Positions 24,050 through 37,182 of a stretch of DNA of 64,000 nt are shown here, piece after piece. Position numbers and translations under genes: made by a program. Source of the DNA: Dictyostelium discoideum (taxonomy: Eukaryota); the NCBI GenBank assembly GCA_000004695.1, contig CM000153.2:1536001-1600000 (forward strand), in the 5' to 3' direction. Numbering within the stretch: position 1 is the stretch's first letter; each line of letters opens with the position of its first letter. The notes below the pieces were generated by a model, which was given only the letters and a program-made list of their open reading frames with translations, ran no database searches and was not told the DNA's origin.

Positions 24050-24135
<86 letters not shown>

Positions 24136-24160
24136 ATATTTTTATTATTATTATTATTAT
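24050..24160. repeat. (ATT)n microsatellite of about 36 units inside an intron
   Basis: A pure ATT trinucleotide run is seen directly in the sequence. Confidence 0.95.
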
Positions 24161-24167
24161 ACTTTAC

Positions 24168-24556
24168 GTGCTATACTCTGATAAAACACAATGATTTGAT
24201 TCATCATAATCAAAATTTTCAATTTTAATATAATCTAAAATGAAATTATCACTACAGATACCAACTTTTGTTTTAAATAATTTTCTTGCTTTTAATGGGT
24301 CTGGATTTTTATAGTTATTGGTATAATTACATGTGATTGAATTTAAATCATCACCATTACATTCAAATAATATATCAACAATTTCACTATAAACTATTTT
24401 TTCATAAACTGCTAAAAATTCAATTGATTCACCTGTACAATTTTGATTGGCATAAAGTTTTAAAACAAACATATAGCCATTATCACACTTTATTAATTTA
24501 ATATTTAAAATTGAAATAAAAAATAAAAAATAAAATATACTAATCAAGAATTTCAT
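24168..24556 (-). CDS. Secreted Cys-containing hypothetical protein, exon 1 (signal peptide)
   Basis: MKFLISIFYFLFFISILNIKLIKC... has an N-terminal signal peptide. A GTAAAG donor overlaps the ORF stop. The 244-nt intron carries an (ATT)n microsatellite. Confidence 0.55.
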
Positions 24557-25009
24557 TGTGTAATTACTCTGTGTGGTTATTATTGTAATTTGTATTTTTA
24601 ATATTTTTTATTTTTAATTACTTATAAATTTAATATATAGAAACAAAATGGATAATAATAATAAAAAAAAAAAAAAACCAAAATAATTTTAAAATATTTT
24701 AAAATAATACAAAAAAAAAAGTTGTACAGAATTAAAAAGTTGAAAAAAAAAAAACATTATTATTATGATCTAAAAATAGGGAGTAGTGGTTTTTTTTATT
24801 TCAAGAACATTTTTGATCTAATTTTATATTTTTAATTTTTTTTAATTTTTTTATTTGGGGTAGGTCTTGTTCAACCTCGATTTCACAAAAAAAAAAAAAA
24901 AAAAAAAAAAAAACATTATAATTTTCTTTTTTTATTTCTTTAATATATAGAAACAAAATGGATTATAACAATGATAAAAAAAAACATTGTAATTTTCTTT
25001 TTTTATTTC

Positions 25010-25043
<34 letters not shown>

Positions 25044-25542
25044 TGGAAATATGAATTAATTGTAAATAATACAGCACAATATTTTAATTATAATTTTTTA
25101 AAAATACATTAAATTTTAATTAAAATATTTACAACAAAAAAAAAAAAAAAGTTAATAAACCAATATCTTTTTTTTTTTTTTTTTTTTTGAGTTTTTTTTT
25201 TTTGTCATTTTATAAAAAAAAAATGTCTGATTCAAAAAAACATTTAATGGCCAACAGAATTTAATTAAATATATTATTGTAATAAAAGGAATTATTAACC
25301 ATTTTTTAAAATAATTTTAAAATATCATATCATTAAATTTGATATTGTTTCAACCAATCGTTCAACCATATAATTATAATTAACAATAAACCAAAATCAA
25401 TTAAACAAACAAAAATAATTAAAATTTAATAAATTTCATATATTTTTTTATTTTATTTATTAACAAAATGAATTCAACAAAAAATTAAAAAGAAAAAAAG
25501 AGATAAATATTTTTCAAAGTTAAATTTTTATTATTACAATAA

Positions 25543-25585
<43 letters not shown>

Positions 25586-25787
25586 AAAAATTTTATTTTT
25601 TGCGAAATTTACTTTTATTTTTAAAAAAACAAAAAAAACAGCGATAAAAGTGTCAGATACTAAAAAAACAAAAAAATAAAAAAATAAAAAAAATATAAAT
25701 AATAATAAAAAAAAAAAAAAAAAAAAAAGAAAGAAAGAAATAAATAAATAGTGATAAATAAATAAAAATTTTTAAAAAATAAAATAA

Positions 25788-25819
<32 letters not shown>

Positions 25820-25846
25820 ATATAAAAATAAAATTAAACCAAACCA

Positions 25847-26131
25847 ATGTTTGTTTTACAAATTCATAGTGTAACATTTTATAATTCATCGACACAAACT
25901 AAATCGAGAAATGTATTTTTAGATATATCAAATGAAAATCAACCATCAAGAAGATATTTTGTAGGTAGATTTTCAACATCATCAACAAAGTCATGTGAGT
26001 CAATAATTCATATTTCAAAAACACCAATTACAGTGCACTTATCATATGGTCCATTAATGTATCATGATTTAGGTCCACAAACAATCTATGATTTCTTGTA
26101 TGAAGATAAAAAGAATTTAGGTCAAAAAAAG
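25847..26131 (+). CDS. Phospholipase D (HKD superfamily), exon 1
   Basis: MFVLQIHSVTFYNSSTQ...LGQKK is followed by a GTATAT donor at 26132. It is in frame with exon 2 across a 108-nt intron that ends tatatAG. Confidence 0.55.
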
Positions 26132-26239
26132 GTATATAAATTAATAAACTATTATAATATTAATAACAATAAATAATAATAAATAATAAATTATTAATTG
26201 TTGTTGTTGTTGATCAACAATATATGTGTGTTTATATAG

Positions 26240-26489
26240 TTTTTAACATTTGGAAGAAGAGGACCATTATATCATGTTTGTTATTCTATTCAACCAGTTA
26301 AATATTCATATGGATTTTCATTAAGTAGAATAAGTTGTTTAAAACAAATTACATCATACAAAGATCAATTATATGCAGAGGTAGAGTTTAATCATAGTAC
26401 TCAAAGTATTGGACCTGGTCCAACAAATAGATATCATTTAGGTAGTTTTGTTTCTCATGATGTAACTGATATTCATTCTGTTCACAATT
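26240..26489 (+). CDS. Phospholipase D, exon 2
   Basis: FLTFGRRGPLYHVCYSIQPVKYSYGFSLSRISCLKQITSYKDQLYAEVEFNHSTQSIGPGPTNRYHLGSFVSHDVTDIHSVHN is followed by a GTAAGT donor at 26490 (phase 1). Confidence 0.55.
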
Positions 26490-26584
26490 GTAAGTTTATA
26501 ATTTATTAATCATCTATGTATATATATAAAACCTTCTAATATAATTTCAATTTTAACAAATTAAAAAAATAATAATTGTTATAG

Positions 26585-26691
26585 TATCGTTTCAGAGTTT
26601 AGTTAATTTTGTTTTAACATTTTATATAAAAACATCAACAGCTGAATATGTATTGGGAACTTTAAAATTTACACCAATTTATGAAATGCCA

Positions 26692-26749
<58 letters not shown>

Positions 26750-26905
26750 GTACCAGTAGCAGTAGCAGTATTAGTAGTAATAATAAATCATCACCAACAT
26801 TACCACCAATTTTAACAACAAATAATGTAAAAAATACTAGTAATAATAATAATAATAAAAATATTTATTTACCAAAGGATTTAAAAATAACGCCAATTGG
26901 TAATA

Positions 26906-26936
<31 letters not shown>

Positions 26937-27274
26937 TTATTCAAATTGGATAATTAAAACCAATGATATCAATGATTTAAAAGATAAGCAAAATACAGGT
27001 GGATTATATTGTTATAGAAATTCAGATGATAATGTACATACATTCCTTCAGAATGAATCGAGTATCTCTAAAAAGATTACATTAACATCACCAGAAGGAA
27101 AAGGTTCATATGAATTTGTTTTTAATCTTTTAAAAACTGATTTCATGATGATTAGTTCAACCCAAGATAATCAAAATCAAACTACAAATTATGAAGCTGA
27201 ACATATTGATTTTAGTCATAAGCATAATCAAATAAATTCAACTTCAACTTTAAAATTTAGTAGTAATCAACAGC

Positions 27275-27305
<31 letters not shown>

Positions 27306-29439
27306 GCAACAACAAAAATTACCATCTCATTATTCCATCGATCAAAGTAATGAATATAATCAAAATAATAATAATAATAATAATGAAAATTTAGAAATAT
27401 CAACAAATTCATTTAGTATTCAAACTGAGGATAATCAAGTTGAAGTATTAATTGATGGATTACAAACATTTAGAAGGTATTATGAAATAATGATGAATTC
27501 ACAACATAGTATAAGTATTTTGGCATGGGAATTAACATTTTCATTTGGTTTAGTTATGACAAAGAATGTTAAATCTGAATTACCACTTCATGTTGATCCA
27601 ATGTCAAAATGGATAACATTAGAAGATGTATTAATCTCAAAGGTATTGGATGGTGTCAATGTTAGAATCATAGTTTGGAGACATGAATTATTATCTCACG
27701 TCACTAGATTCCTTTATTTAGGTGAAGTCACCATTGAACGTGAAGTTTCAAAATTAGAGAAAAGATGTAAACGTTTAGGTGTAGTTTGTAATGTTTTTCA
27801 TACTCATAATATGCCCGGCTTAGATTCAGAATTTGCTGATATAAATAGTCCATATTTACATTATGATCATTCAAAATCACAACAACAACAACAACAATCT
27901 TCAAAAAATAATAATAATCACAACAATCACAATAATAATAATCACAATAACAATTCAAGCGAAAAATTAAAAAATGATAAAAAAAAGAAACAACATGTTC
28001 CAAGTATTACAGTTGTAATTGTTGGTAATCCACAAGGTATTTTATCATCACATCATGAAAAATTATTATTGGTAGATTCTGAATGTCCTGATCATTGTGT
28101 TGCTTTTACTGGTGGTTTTGATATTGCTAGAGGTAGATATGATCAACCATTACATCAAATACCAAGACCATACATTCCTGTTAATATAAATAAATCAACA
28201 TCAACAACAACCCCTCCTTCAACTTTACCAATATCAACTCAAAAATCACCATCAAACAGTAATAATAATAAACAAGAGGAACAACAAATTCAAGATGAAG
28301 AAATTGAAGAAGAACCACAATTATTAAATACAAATAATAAAGTATTATCAAATAAACCAATAAGATATACTGGTAGAAATGTTCAACCAATTTTAAGACA
28401 AATTAGATTCTTATGGCATGATATTCAAATTTTATTGAGAGGACCAAGTACACAACATTTAAGATTACATTTCTTTCAACGTTGGATTCATGCATTCTCT
28501 CAAAATGTATCAATTACAAGAACTGCATCATTGGATGTATTGCCAAGTTCAATAACATGTACAAAGAATCATAACACTCTACCCAAACAACATGTAATTC
28601 ATAATGATCCTGCAAAAGTTTATAATCATTGTTCAGTACGTTTATTTAGAACTTGGAAAGGTGTTATCGATAATAACATGATGTTTGACGAATACGCCAA
28701 AATGATTTTAAATGCAAAGGAATTCCTATACGTAGAACATCAATATCCATTTCAAAATTTTACCCTCACCTATTATATGTGTGAAGCATTAAAAGCAAAT
28801 CCAAAACTTCATCTATTGGTTGTAACTCCAGTTAAAACTGATTTACCAAGTGGTTTAGTTGGCGAATTATTCGACTGGTCTCAAGATCATATCATCAAAC
28901 ATCTTCATTTAATTCATAGTATTGCACCCGATAGAGTTGGTATCTATGGTTTAGTACAACAAGATCATGAAACCAATCGTCTGAAACCAATTTACATTCA
29001 TTCCAAATTGTTTATCGTTGATGATACCATTCTAAACGTCGGTAGTACCAATATGGATAATATGAGTTTCTTTCACTCGAGCGAACTTTGTGCCTCTATA
29101 ACCGAACCAATATTGGCAAAAGAAACTCGTGTCACTTTAGCAAAAGAACATTTAGGAAAACATTATACAAAAAGTATGGAATCAAACTTTATCGATATGT
29201 TTAATGCTTTCAGAAAAGTATCAGAAGAGAATTATGAACGTTTACGTTATAAAAGATTACTCATCGGAAGACCAATCTCTCTAACACCTGCAGATAAATA
29301 TGAATTCATATTGAAAAAGATTTATTATCCAAATAAATTTACAAAAATTTTATATAAAATGGGTTTAGATTCTGAAGAATGGTTAAATAAAATGTTTAAC
29401 CCATCGAGTTGGATGAATTTATTTAAACCAAAATTATAA
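26585..29439 (+). CDS. Phospholipase D, exon 3 (both HKD catalytic motifs)
   Basis: The acceptor ttgttatAG is at 26583-26584. HKD motif 1 is HHEKLLLVDSE and HKD motif 2 is IHSKLFIVDDTILNVGSTNMDNMS. Long poly-N and poly-Q inserts are present. The ORF-track start (TTG at 26653) is not a real start. Confidence 0.85.
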
Positions 29440-29798
29440 TAAATAAAAGTTAAAAAAAAAAAAAAAAAATATTATAAAATTATTAAACTATAATATATAT
29501 ATAAACTAAAATTAAACATATAAAGATAAAATTAAATCTTTTTTTTTTTTTTTTTTATAAATTTTTTTTTTTTTCTATTTTATTTATTCTTTCTATAAAT
29601 TTGTTATTATCTTATCATTATTATTATTTTTTTTTTATTTTTTTTATTTTTTTATTTTTTTTTATTTGAATATTTATCTTTTTTTTTTATCTTTTTTTTT
29701 TTTTTTTTATGTTTAAATAAATAAAAAAAAAAAAAAAAAAAGTTATTTTTATCCATAGATATTTATAAATATTTTTTTTTTTCTTTTTTTTTTTTTTT

Positions 29799-29829
<31 letters not shown>

Positions 29830-29835
<6 letters not shown>

Positions 29836-31551
29836 CTCTTCTTCTTCATCATCTTGTTCGAATTGGGTAGTATGATCAGCTGAAGGTGGTTGGAATTTAG
29901 TTGAATCTAAATGTTTTGAAACCAAAAGTCTAAGATTTTTAGAGAGTTTCTTTAATTCATCAGAAGCTTGATCGACGGTCCAATTCTTTGATTTGAAGAG
30001 ATCGTAAAGGGCAGGAGAAGTACAGAATACGGTAGTGGATTCTCTGTTAACTTCGGGGGTTGAAGTTGTGTAACGAGTTGCAATGTCCTCATTAACATGG
30101 AATTGAAGGCTATTATCATCGGATCTATACATTAAGACCTTACGAGTGATAATTGATTCAGTCATGAAAAGATTGCTATCTGGAATTTGATAGGTGTTAT
30201 TACCAGAGGAGTTTTTATGAATTTTAATGGAATCGATAAATTTGATGAGATTGTCGTATTGATGTTGACCAGTTCCGCTAACCAATTTACTCTTGGAGTG
30301 GGTGTCGATTGTAACACGAAGATCAGAACCAGATTTAATTTGAGGGAAAAGTACTTTTGAACTATTAATGTGATTAAGTTTATAAATGAATGGATCAGTG
30401 AATTTATATTCTGATGAGTCGCTATTTGGTGATTGTTGAGTGTTGGTGGTGGTGGTAGTGGTTGGGGTAATTTTTTCTTCACTACATTTAATACATAAAA
30501 GATCGAGTGATTCGGTATCTAAAACTGAAATGAAGGTGAATTGTTTCTTTTGTTTGAAAAGTTTATATTGAGAAGAGGTGATAAATTGCTCGTTGATAAC
30601 ATTTGATGGTTGGAAAACAGAGGCGAGACTTTCAGTGTACAATTCGTATTTATCGGCAGTCATTGGAGTTGAAGGAATGTTTGAACTGTGGAGATACCAT
30701 ATTTTACCGGCTTCAATGTCTATGAAAGGGGTGGAAGAACCTTTTTCACTGTAGAGAGTTGAAAAGGTTTCATTTAAACGTGCGACATATTGAGATTCAT
30801 GGGAGTTGATCAAATCTTGCATCAATTGAACGCCATCAGTGGCCAATGGATCGATAGCACCACTCTCTAAAATCACCTCTGAAAATGATGGTTGATGAAC
30901 AAACTTAATCTTTTGTTCACCTTTGTAATCGATGAGCGACAAGTATTTTGGTGAGGTATTCTTCAACTTTAGAACGATCTCTTTGGCTCTATCCAATTGT
31001 TGTGCGTCGGCACACTTAATGATTGCTGTATTCTTGAATACCTTTAATCTTGCGGTGGTAGCTTTATTCAATAAACCCCATAATGAACCTTTGACACCAA
31101 TGATTGCACCACCACTAAATGGTGGAAGTGATACGATGCTAGTCAATAATCTTGGACCTGACTTTTGGTATGATGAATTATAAAATGATGATTGACCTCT
31201 ATATCCACCTCTTGATCCACCTCTTGATGATCCACTGTTACCACCTCTTGATGATCCACCTCTTGATGATCCACCTCTATGACCTCCTCTACTATTTGTA
31301 AAATGTGTATTATTATTATTATTGTTATTATTGTTGTTATTGTTGTTATTATTATTATTATTGTTATGTGATGTTGAATTTAAATTTGGTGATGTATTAT
31401 TATTGTTGTTGTTACCATTGTTATTACCATTACCATTACCGTGATATCCACCACGGTGTGATTTATTACCAAATTTAGATTGGAAGTAATAGTTGTTTCC
31501 ACCTTGTTGTTGTTGTGGTTGTTGTGGTTGTTGTTGTTGTTGATCAAAATT

Positions 31552-31604
<53 letters not shown>

Positions 31605-31686
31605 GATCAAATGCTGGTGCTGCTTGTTGTGGTTGTCCTTGTCCTTGTCCGCCATTTCTTGGGGTGTATGTTTTACTGCCTCTCAT
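29830..31686 (-). CDS. KH-domain RNA-binding protein with a Q-rich / RGG-repeat N-terminus
   Basis: The true ATG gives MRGSKTYTPRNGGQGQ.... Features are poly-Q, RGGxSRGG repeats and a KH core (IIGVKGSLWGLLNKATTARLKV). The ORF-track extension through poly(T) was rejected. Confidence 0.7.
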
Positions 31687-33017
31687 ATGAAATTTACCTG
31701 GTGGGTGTGAAAAACCTCCTCCTTTTTTTTTAAAAAAAAAAAAATAATAATAATAATAAAAAAAAAAATAATTAAGATTAATAACCAAAAAAAAAACTAC
31801 ATTTTTATTTATTTTATTTTATTTTTATTTTTATTTATAATTCAAAACCTCCTCCTTTTTTTTTTTTTTTTTAATAGATATAAAAAATAAAAATAAAAAG
31901 AAATTTCTTATTTATTCTTTTTCTTTTTTTTTTCTCTTTTATAAATTTTTTTATTTTTTTATTTATTATTATAAAAATTATTTTTTATTTAAAGGAAAAA
32001 TAAAATAAAAGTTATATATAATATAATACGTACTGTTATTCATTTTATTAAAATCTGTTTAATTTTTATGTGTTCTGTTGTTGTTCACCGAAATTTTGAA
32101 AAAAAAATATAAAAAAAAACTTTATATTATCAATAAATAACAATTTCTTTAATATCGAATTTATATAAAGTGCTTATTTAAATATGGATAATAATGATTA
32201 ACAATAATGGATTATTTATGTTTTTTATTGTTTCTTATTTTGTTTTATTTTTTTTTTTTTTCTTTTAATTTTTTTTTTTTTTTTTATATTGCTTGGAGGA
32301 AAATCAAAAATTTTAATTTTTGAATTTTTTGAATTTTTTCATTAAAAATATAAAAAAAAAAAAAAAAAAATAAAAAAAAAAAAATAAAAAAAAAATAAAA
32401 AAAAAAAAAAAAATGAAAAAAAAAAAAAAAAATTTTTTTAAATTCGCACATTGTTTAATAAGACATTGAAGTTCAATCTACAAAAAAAATTTTATCTCAT
32501 ATATTTAGTTTAAACAATAATATTCAGATTTGGGGAAATTTTTATGTTATTTTATAAAACAATTTTAAATTTGGTATCATTGATTATTTATCAACACACT
32601 TCACCAAAAAAATAAAAAAATAAAAGATCTTAAAATGACATAATTGTATAATTACAACTAATAAAATAAAATTATTTCTTTAAAAAATAAAATAAAATAA
32701 AATAAAATAAATTTAATTATTACCTAATTTTATTAATTATTATTTTATTATTTTATTTTTTACCTTTTTTTTTTTTTTTTTTTAAAACACTTTTTTTATT
32801 TTTTTTTTCCTTTTTTTTTTTTATTTTTTTAATATATACACATTTTAATTGTTAAAAATAAAATAAAATTAAAAAATAAAAAATAAAAATAATTTTTAAA
32901 AAAAAGAAATTAAATAAAATTAAATAAAATATTAATATTAAAGATACAACAATAAAGGTTATTTTATTTATTGATTTGTTTATTTTATTTTATTTTATTT
33001 TATTTTATTTTATTTAT

Positions 33018-34493
33018 TTATTTATAATTTGTAGTAGATTTAAATTGTTTTTGTTTTAATTTTTGTTCAACAAATTCTTTAATGGTAGTTGGTGTTTGTT
33101 GTGTAGATTTTGAATTATTATCATTATTATCGTTTGCTTGTTCTTGTTTAATGATTTTTTGATTTTCATTATCTTCACCACCTATTGGATTATTGAATTT
33201 TAAATAATGTTGTTTTATTTGTTTTGTACCATTTAAAACTCTATCCATTATTTTCTCTCTATTTGAAAATCCATTTGGACCAATCTTTTCAACTAAAAAT
33301 GATGCACCTGAACTACCAACTTGTAAACATTGAATTAATTCTTCTTTTTTAATATTTAATTTTATTAAAATATCTTCATTTTGTAGTTGTTGTTGTTGTT
33401 GTTGTTTTTGAAAACTATTTTCATCAACTTTATTATTATTATTTTGATTATTATTATTATTATTATTATTATTATTTTCATTTTTAAATTGTTTTTTAGT
33501 TTTTAATAAATTTAATAATTCTAAAATTGTACAAGTTAAAAAAGTATCACCACAACCTGTTTCATCACTAACTTGATCAGGTTTAAAGGTTGGAATATAA
33601 ATTTCACCAGTGATTGAAGATGAAAGGAATAAACCATCACCACCCATTGTAACGGCCACAATTGTAAAGCCAAAATTTAAACGTAATAATTTTGCACAAG
33701 TTGCAGGATCATGATCACCCATAATTGCTGCAGCTTCACCATATTCAGCCTTTACGACTGTAATAATATCATTTTCCATTCCATTTAATGACATTTTGAT
33801 ATTAATTAACTTTTCAATCATAACATTCATTGGTCTTGTTGTTACACGTGCACCATTAAATGATCTTAAAAACCCTTGAACATCAAATGCAATTATTGGT
33901 CTATAATATTGTTGTTTGAATTCTTGTTGTTGTTGTTGTTCTTGATTTATATTATTTACAATTTCCAATGTTTTCATTACTAAATGTTCATCAAATTCAC
34001 CAGCAACTGGAACAAATAATAATGCATCAGGATGAATGGAATCAATACATTTTATACATGCTTCTATTGAGATTTGATTACCTTTCTCCATTAATGATAA
34101 AGTTCTATTCTTTTTATTATTATAATAGTTTAAGAAATAACTTGTGTTTTTAATATCTTTAATTGTATCTGTGAATGTTAGATCTATTGATTGCTTGCTT
34201 TGAATTAATTGTTGAAATTCTTTATTGATATCATCACCAAATGTAGTTACTATAAAACTTTTTGTATCTCCAAAATAATGAGCTGCTAATGATCCATAGG
34301 TTACAGAGCCACCTAATGCCTCTGCCTTTATTACATCTTTACAATCATTGGTGTCATAGTTTTTTGATAATTCTTTTTGTACTTCTGGTGACATAAAATC
34401 TGTAAATGATCTTTCTCTTTCTAATTTAATTTTTTGATGTATTAAAATTACATCATTTACAAAATTACCAATAAATAAAATATTATTTTTCAT
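33018..34493 (-). CDS. PfkB-family carbohydrate kinase (ribokinase/fructokinase-like)
   Basis: The N-terminal GG motif region (AEALGGSVTYGS) and the C-terminal PfkB signature DETGCGDTF (DTxGAGD) are present, with Q/N-rich insertions. Single exon with a true ATG. Confidence 0.75.
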   Translation of the reverse strand: MKNNILFIGNFVNDVILIHQKIKLERERSFTDFMSPEVQKELSKNYDTNDCKDVIKAEALGGSVTYGSLAAHYFGDTKSFIVTTFGDDINKEFQQLIQSKQSIDLTFTDTIKDIKNTSYFLNYYNNKKNRTLSLMEKGNQISIEACIKCIDSIHPDALLFVPVAGEFDEHLVMKTLEIVNNINQEQQQQQEFKQQYYRPIIAFDVQGFLRSFNGARVTTRPMNVMIEKLINIKMSLNGMENDIITVVKAEYGEAAAIMGDHDPATCAKLLRLNFGFTIVAVTMGGDGLFLSSSITGEIYIPTFKPDQVSDETGCGDTFLTCTILELLNLLKTKKQFKNENNNNNNNNNNQNNNNKVDENSFQKQQQQQQLQNEDILIKLNIKKEELIQCLQVGSSGASFLVEKIGPNGFSNREKIMDRVLNGTKQIKQHYLKFNNPIGGEDNENQKIIKQEQANDNNDNNSKSTQQTPTTIKEFVEQKLKQKQFKSTTNYK

Positions 34494-34823
34494 TATTTTT
34501 TTTTTTTTTTTTTCTATTGTGTATTTCTTTTTTAAATTTGTATTTCTTTTTTTAAAATTGTATAAATAAAATGAATATTTTTTTTATTTTTATTTTTTAT
34601 TTTTTATTATTTTTTTTTTTTTTATTTTCTTAAAATTATTAATATTGTTAATTTTATATTAAAATAGAAATTAAAATAATTTTTTTTTAAAATTGGTAAA
34701 TAAGGTATTGTGTAAAAAAAAAAAAAAAATAAAAAAAAATAATAATAAATAAAAATAAAATTATTTGAAAATAATATCTGTTTTTATTGTGTGAGGGTAT
34801 TGCTTTTGGGTAATAAAGAAAAG

Positions 34824-34857
<34 letters not shown>

Positions 34858-34935
34858 ATGGATTTGCCATATTATCTTTTAATTTAATTTTAATTTTCAC
34901 ACATAAAAATAAAAATAAAAATCAAAAAATATTAA

Positions 34936-34968
<33 letters not shown>

Positions 34969-35394
34969 CATTTTTTTTTTTTTATATACAGATCTCTTCA
35001 CTGTCCCACCTTTTTTTTTTTTTTTTCAGTTTTTTTTAAATTTTTTTTTTTTTTTTCACTGAGGAGTTTTGTTGTTGAATTTGTCAATCGATTTGGTAGA
35101 GCTGTTATTTTTATTTCACTTAACAAAATTAGATAATAAAAATTCAACTTTACTAGTAATAATAATAATAATAATAATAATAGTAATAATATCAAATAAC
35201 GAACATTCAGTTGAGCATTTGTACATAAAAAATAAAATAAATAAAAAATAAAACATCACACCACTGCCACCACCAATACCACTACTACCGCCAATTTATC
35301 AACTACCAAAAATTTTGATACTATCATTTATTCATATATAAGTCACACATACACATACACATACACAATCATATAATATATATAGATACATAAA

Positions 35395-35514
35395 ATGAGA
35401 CTCACAGCAGAACTCATATTGAAATCACCAGATTATATAAACCCATGTAAGGATAGAGAATTAAATTTAAGAGGTAATAAAATTTCAAGTATTGAAAATT
35501 TAGGTGCTACCAAG
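35395..35514 (+). CDS. U2 snRNP A' (SNRPA1/Lea1 homolog), exon 1
   Basis: MRLTAELILKSPDYINPCKDRELNLRGNKISSIENLGATK is followed by a GTAATT donor. Compare human MVKLTAELIEQAAQYTNAVRDRELDLRGYKIPVIENLGATL. Confidence 0.85.
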
Positions 35515-35558
35515 GTAATTATTAACTTTTTTTTTTTTTTTTTTTTTTATACATAAAA

Positions 35559-35598
<40 letters not shown>

Positions 35599-35741
35599 TA
35601 TAGAAATATAGAATTATTAGAATCTATATCAAAAAAAAAAAATAAAAAATAAAAAATAAAAAAAAAAAAAAGAATTTGAATTTTAGTAATAACACAAATA
35701 ATTTCCTTTTTCTATTCCTATTATTATTTTTATTTTATTAG

Positions 35742-36077
35742 AACCAATTTGATACAATTGATTTTTCAGATAATGAAATTAGCAAAGTTGAAAATTTTCC
35801 AAAATTAGAAAGAGTGAAAACTTTATTATTTAATAATAATCATATTAAAAGTTTTGAAGAAGATTTTGGAAGTAGTCTTCCTCATTTAAGAGCATTGATT
35901 CTTAGTAATAATAGAATAAATAATTTATCAGATCTCGAACCATTAACAAAATTATCAGAAATCAAGTTTATTAGTTTACTTGAAAATCCAGTTTCAAAGA
36001 AACCAAATTATCGTTTATATTTAATACATTTAGTACCTCATTTAAAAATTATAGATTTTAGAAAAGTTAAGAAAATA
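35742..36077 (+). CDS. U2 snRNP A', exon 2 (LRR region)
   Basis: NQFDTIDFSDNEISKVENFPKLERVKTLLFNNNHIKSFEED...YRLYLIHLVPHLKIIDFRKVKKI is followed by a GTAAGT donor at 36078. Confidence 0.85.
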
Positions 36078-36208
36078 GTAAGTATTTATTATTTTATTTT
36101 ATTTTTATTTTATTTATTTTTTCAAAAAATTAAATATCCAAAATAATTAGTTACTAATAAAAAAAAAAAAAAAAAAAAAAAATTATACAATTAACTAAAA
36201 TAATTAAG

Positions 36209-36487
36209 GAAAGGGAAGAATCAAAAAAATTATTTGGTCAATCAAAATTAATTTTGGAAAAATATAGTACAGATAAAAATAAAGATAAATCAAAGACATT
36301 TGAACCTGGTGAAGGTGTGAATAATAATAGTAGTAATAATAATAATAATAATAACAAAATATCCTCAACTCCAGTTAAGAAACTCACTGAAGAAGAAAAG
36401 AAATCGATTAGATTACAAATTGATAATGCGAAAACTATGGAAGAAATTAATATTTTAGAAGCTAAATTAAGAACTGGTGACATCTAA
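36209..36487 (+). CDS. U2 snRNP A', exon 3
   Basis: The acceptor aattaAG joins EREESKKLFGQSK...KSKTFEPGEGV...EEINILEAKLRTGDI*. Compare human ERQEAEKMFKGK...RSKTFNPGAG...LKGLLQSGQI. Confidence 0.85.
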   Translation, partial: EREESKKLFGQSKLILEKYSTDKNKDKSKTFEPGEGVNNNSSNNNNNNNKISSTPVKKLTEEEKKSIRLQIDNAKTMEEINILEAKLRTGDI

Positions 36488-37182
36488 AATATTAAAAAAA
36501 AATCTGAAAATAAAAATAAAAAAAAAAATCTAAAAACAAAAATAAAAAAAAAATATATATAAAAAAAAAAAAAAAAAAAGATTTAAATGTGATCACATTT
36601 TAATGTATAAAAATAAACTAAACCTATCAAAAAAAATAAAAAAATAAATTAAAATTTGTTATACAATATTTTTATTTTTTTTTATTTTTTTTTTTTTTTT
36701 ATAAAAAGAGAAATTTATTTTCTTTTAGAGAAAAAAAAAAAGTTATAGTTTAATCTGTTTGGCTATTATAAATATTATTATTATTATTATTATTATTATT
36801 TTGTTATTAAAATCCGAAAAACTATTATTACAATTTTGACATCAATAAATTAACTTTTAATTTTGAAAAAAATATATTGTGCACATTGGCACAATATAAT
36901 ATTAAAGTAATTTAAGTGTATTTTTTGAAATAATATTGATTAAAATTATTTATGATTGGAAAATGAGAAGAGGAAAAAAAATTAAATGCTGTGGTGAAAA
37001 AAACAACATTTTTGTACTTGATATATACAGGGGGAGGGGGGGATTTGGAAAAAAAGTTGGAAAATTAAATAAGGTGGAAAAAGTTGGAAAAAAAGAAAAA
37101 AACGACCAATCAAGACATCTTGTTGATCAATTTGAATAATTTACAAATAACTTGAAAAAAAAAAACAGTTGAATCAAATTGA

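Noticed and set aside
26653-26660. ORF-track 'M' starts that are not ATG (for example 26653 TTG, 10141 TTG, 57702 TTG, 8317 TTG)
   Set aside because: The track evidently allows alternative start codons. For a eukaryote these are not initiation sites. Gene starts were reassigned to true ATGs or to upstream exons.
31380-31733. Antisense or alternate-frame ORFs overlapping real genes (for example 2679-2948, 7360-7605, 10241-11279 plus-strand, 27728-28390, 30162-30482, 30932-31183, 31380-31733, 37233-38996 various, 47513-48450, 49543-50721, 58504-59032)
   Set aside because: They are read from repeat-rich coding DNA (CAA/AAT/TTG runs) of the opposite strand or another frame. Each overlaps a gene with clear homology on the other strand or frame.
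36936-37139. 67-aa ORF containing the GGGGGAGGGGGGG tract between the U2A' and Myb gene 3' ends
   Set aside because: Its Gly/Lys-rich translation derives from the G-tract and A-runs. It sits in a convergent 3' intergenic region.
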